DNA of 64,000 bases, from assembly GCF_009834535.1 (NCBI RefSeq), contig NC_045696.1:90832001-90896000 (forward strand), read 5' to 3'. This DNA comes from Camelus ferus (taxonomy: Eukaryota). Shown here piece by piece: positions 62,161 to 64,000 of the stretch. Below the pieces are notes generated by a model that had not been told where the DNA came from, did not search any database, and worked only from the letters and a program-made list of their open reading frames with translations. Position 1 is the stretch's first letter. Each line of letters opens with the position of its first letter. The translations under genes were made by a program, and so were the position numbers.

Positions 62161-64000
62161 GTCTAAACTTTGGGAGAGTGAAAATTCTCTAAAATTACTA
62201 TTTTGGCCTTGATTCAAGAAGTTAGGATTTGATATAAACTTGTATAGACGAGACAGAACAAGGCAACAGGAAACGAACCTGGCAGGACCAGGGCAGAACC
62301 ACTTTCTGTATCCTCTCCTGGACGGGTGTCCACCAATGTCTAGTAAAATGGTGTTAATACCAGAACTAAACTGTAGTTTAGTAAGAGTTATTTGTCACTT
62401 ACTGTGTTGATAGACATAATTTAATTATACATAATTATGCCATTAATTGTTTAGAAGTTAACTGTTTAGAAAGTTGAACATGATTTATTCCATAGCATGA
62501 ATTTACTTCTCAGACGGTCCCTTTTTTGTCCTTATAAAGATCAGGTTAAAGTAATGCCTTGAGTTATTTTTAAAGACAGATACTTGATTCAGTCTCAACC
62601 GACTTTTTTTTAGTGGCCTCACCTGGAATAATTTTAACCCCACTGATGCTTCCTATAATCAAACCATCAAATCAGCCAACCCTCTGAAGAAATAGAAAAC
62701 ACAGCATTCTGTTCTTATTCTTAATTTAACATTTTTAACCTCACAAACTGGATACAATTGAAGCTAAAATGATACAAGGCTTTGTGCAGGCTTTGAGTGA
62801 TAGAAGGTAGAGTATGATCTCAGCTATAATTACAGCATTTTAAAATAGAGACTAATTTAAGGATTTAACCTTCACATTTAAAATTTGAGGGTTTTGCCTA
62901 AATGCAAGAATCCATAAACAATGATGACATTCTCTAGAGGAAGGAAATTAAAAGTAAAGGCATTGCTAAATCTCCTATTATATTTAGGTGCTGTGGTAGA
63001 GAAGGACAAATTCAGCTCCAGGATTCCTTACGACATGCAGGCACAAAACACCAAGAAAGAAGCTTATGACCATACTTGCTCTTTAATCTGCAATGCTGGT
63101 CACAGCAGAATTTATTATCAGTTGGTTTGACAGACTGACAACGACCTCTCTGATCCCATTTTTATCTTCTTGATTGCTTATTTATTGCAGGAGCTGATAT
63201 TTATTCTTCATAATATGCTAATCATAATTACTAAGGAAATCACTGGTTAGCCTGTCTGGCATTCAGTGATCAAAGGAAAGCCCAGGATGGAAACAAAAAG
63301 ATTTCATTAGAAAACAAAAGGAGTCGGAATGGAGCACACTTTAATATCATTATGATTTGGGTGTTACAAATTATTATTAACAACTTGACTAAAAAATTTC
63401 ATTGTAGACATTCAAAGCCAGGTTATTGTAACATGCAGATTAGAGTGTAGTCCCATCTAGGAGAAGCTGAGAAAGTTCTCACAGAGGCCGGTAGTAAACA
63501 GTGGTTACTCTAACCAGAGATAGCCAGTCTTCATTTAGTTCTGCATCTCCTCTATTTGCTTTTTGTTTTTGACTTTTCTTTCCATTTTAGGTCCCTGACA
63601 GTCTTTATCTTACCTTCTTAACTCTCCCATGGAACATTTTGGTGGGACTATAATTCCATGTACTACTTCTCCTTGAGATATTTACATTTATTATTTACTT
63701 TATCTCTAATTGAAAAATTAGACATTTTCTTCCCTGTTCAATTTTGAACATCGGTGATTTTTTTTTAAAGTAAGGGGCTCTGTCCCAGTGCCTCTAAAAA
63801 TAGACTGTTGTCTACTTTGCCTCCTGGAAAAGTGAATTCTGTATTTAAAATGAAAGATTTTATGGAAAAAATAAGGCTGCTGCCTAGTGAGTTATAAAAG
63901 AGACCAGAGAGAGGTACAAAGATGACTTAGACCACATTTTTCTTTTAAGATCATGTAAACTTAAATATCCCTTAAGACGTATCAATGATAATATACTTGG

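Noticed and set aside
1..64000. tRNA, rRNA, snRNA or miRNA genes
   Set aside because: None recognisable by eye; an Infernal/Rfam scan would be needed to exclude small ncRNAs

Overview
Mammalian genomic DNA, probably camelid (inferred from the young L1 3'-end families and the absence of recognisable Alu, B1, Bov-tA, PRE-1 or SINEC elements). The window holds the head-to-head RSRC1/SHOX2 locus. On the minus strand are the RSRC1 promoter CpG island, a probable non-coding exon 1, coding exons 2-3 and repeat-filled introns running off the left edge. On the plus strand is the complete SHOX2 homeobox gene: 5 coding exons, 993 nt, 330 aa, a GC-AG intron 4 and tandem acceptors in the last exon. An orphan CpG island and about 28 kb of gene desert with LINE/LTR/DNA-transposon relics and candidate enhancers follow it. 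I see no new multi-gene system. The best leads are an overlapping uORF in the SHOX2 leader, a P3 homeodomain palindrome (possible autoregulation), a degenerate homologue of a human SHOX2 cassette exon, a likely internal promoter for a 190-aa isoform, and two twin-primed L1 insertions, one with an inversion of only about 20 bp. Repeat subfamily names and human comparisons are from recall, not database searches.
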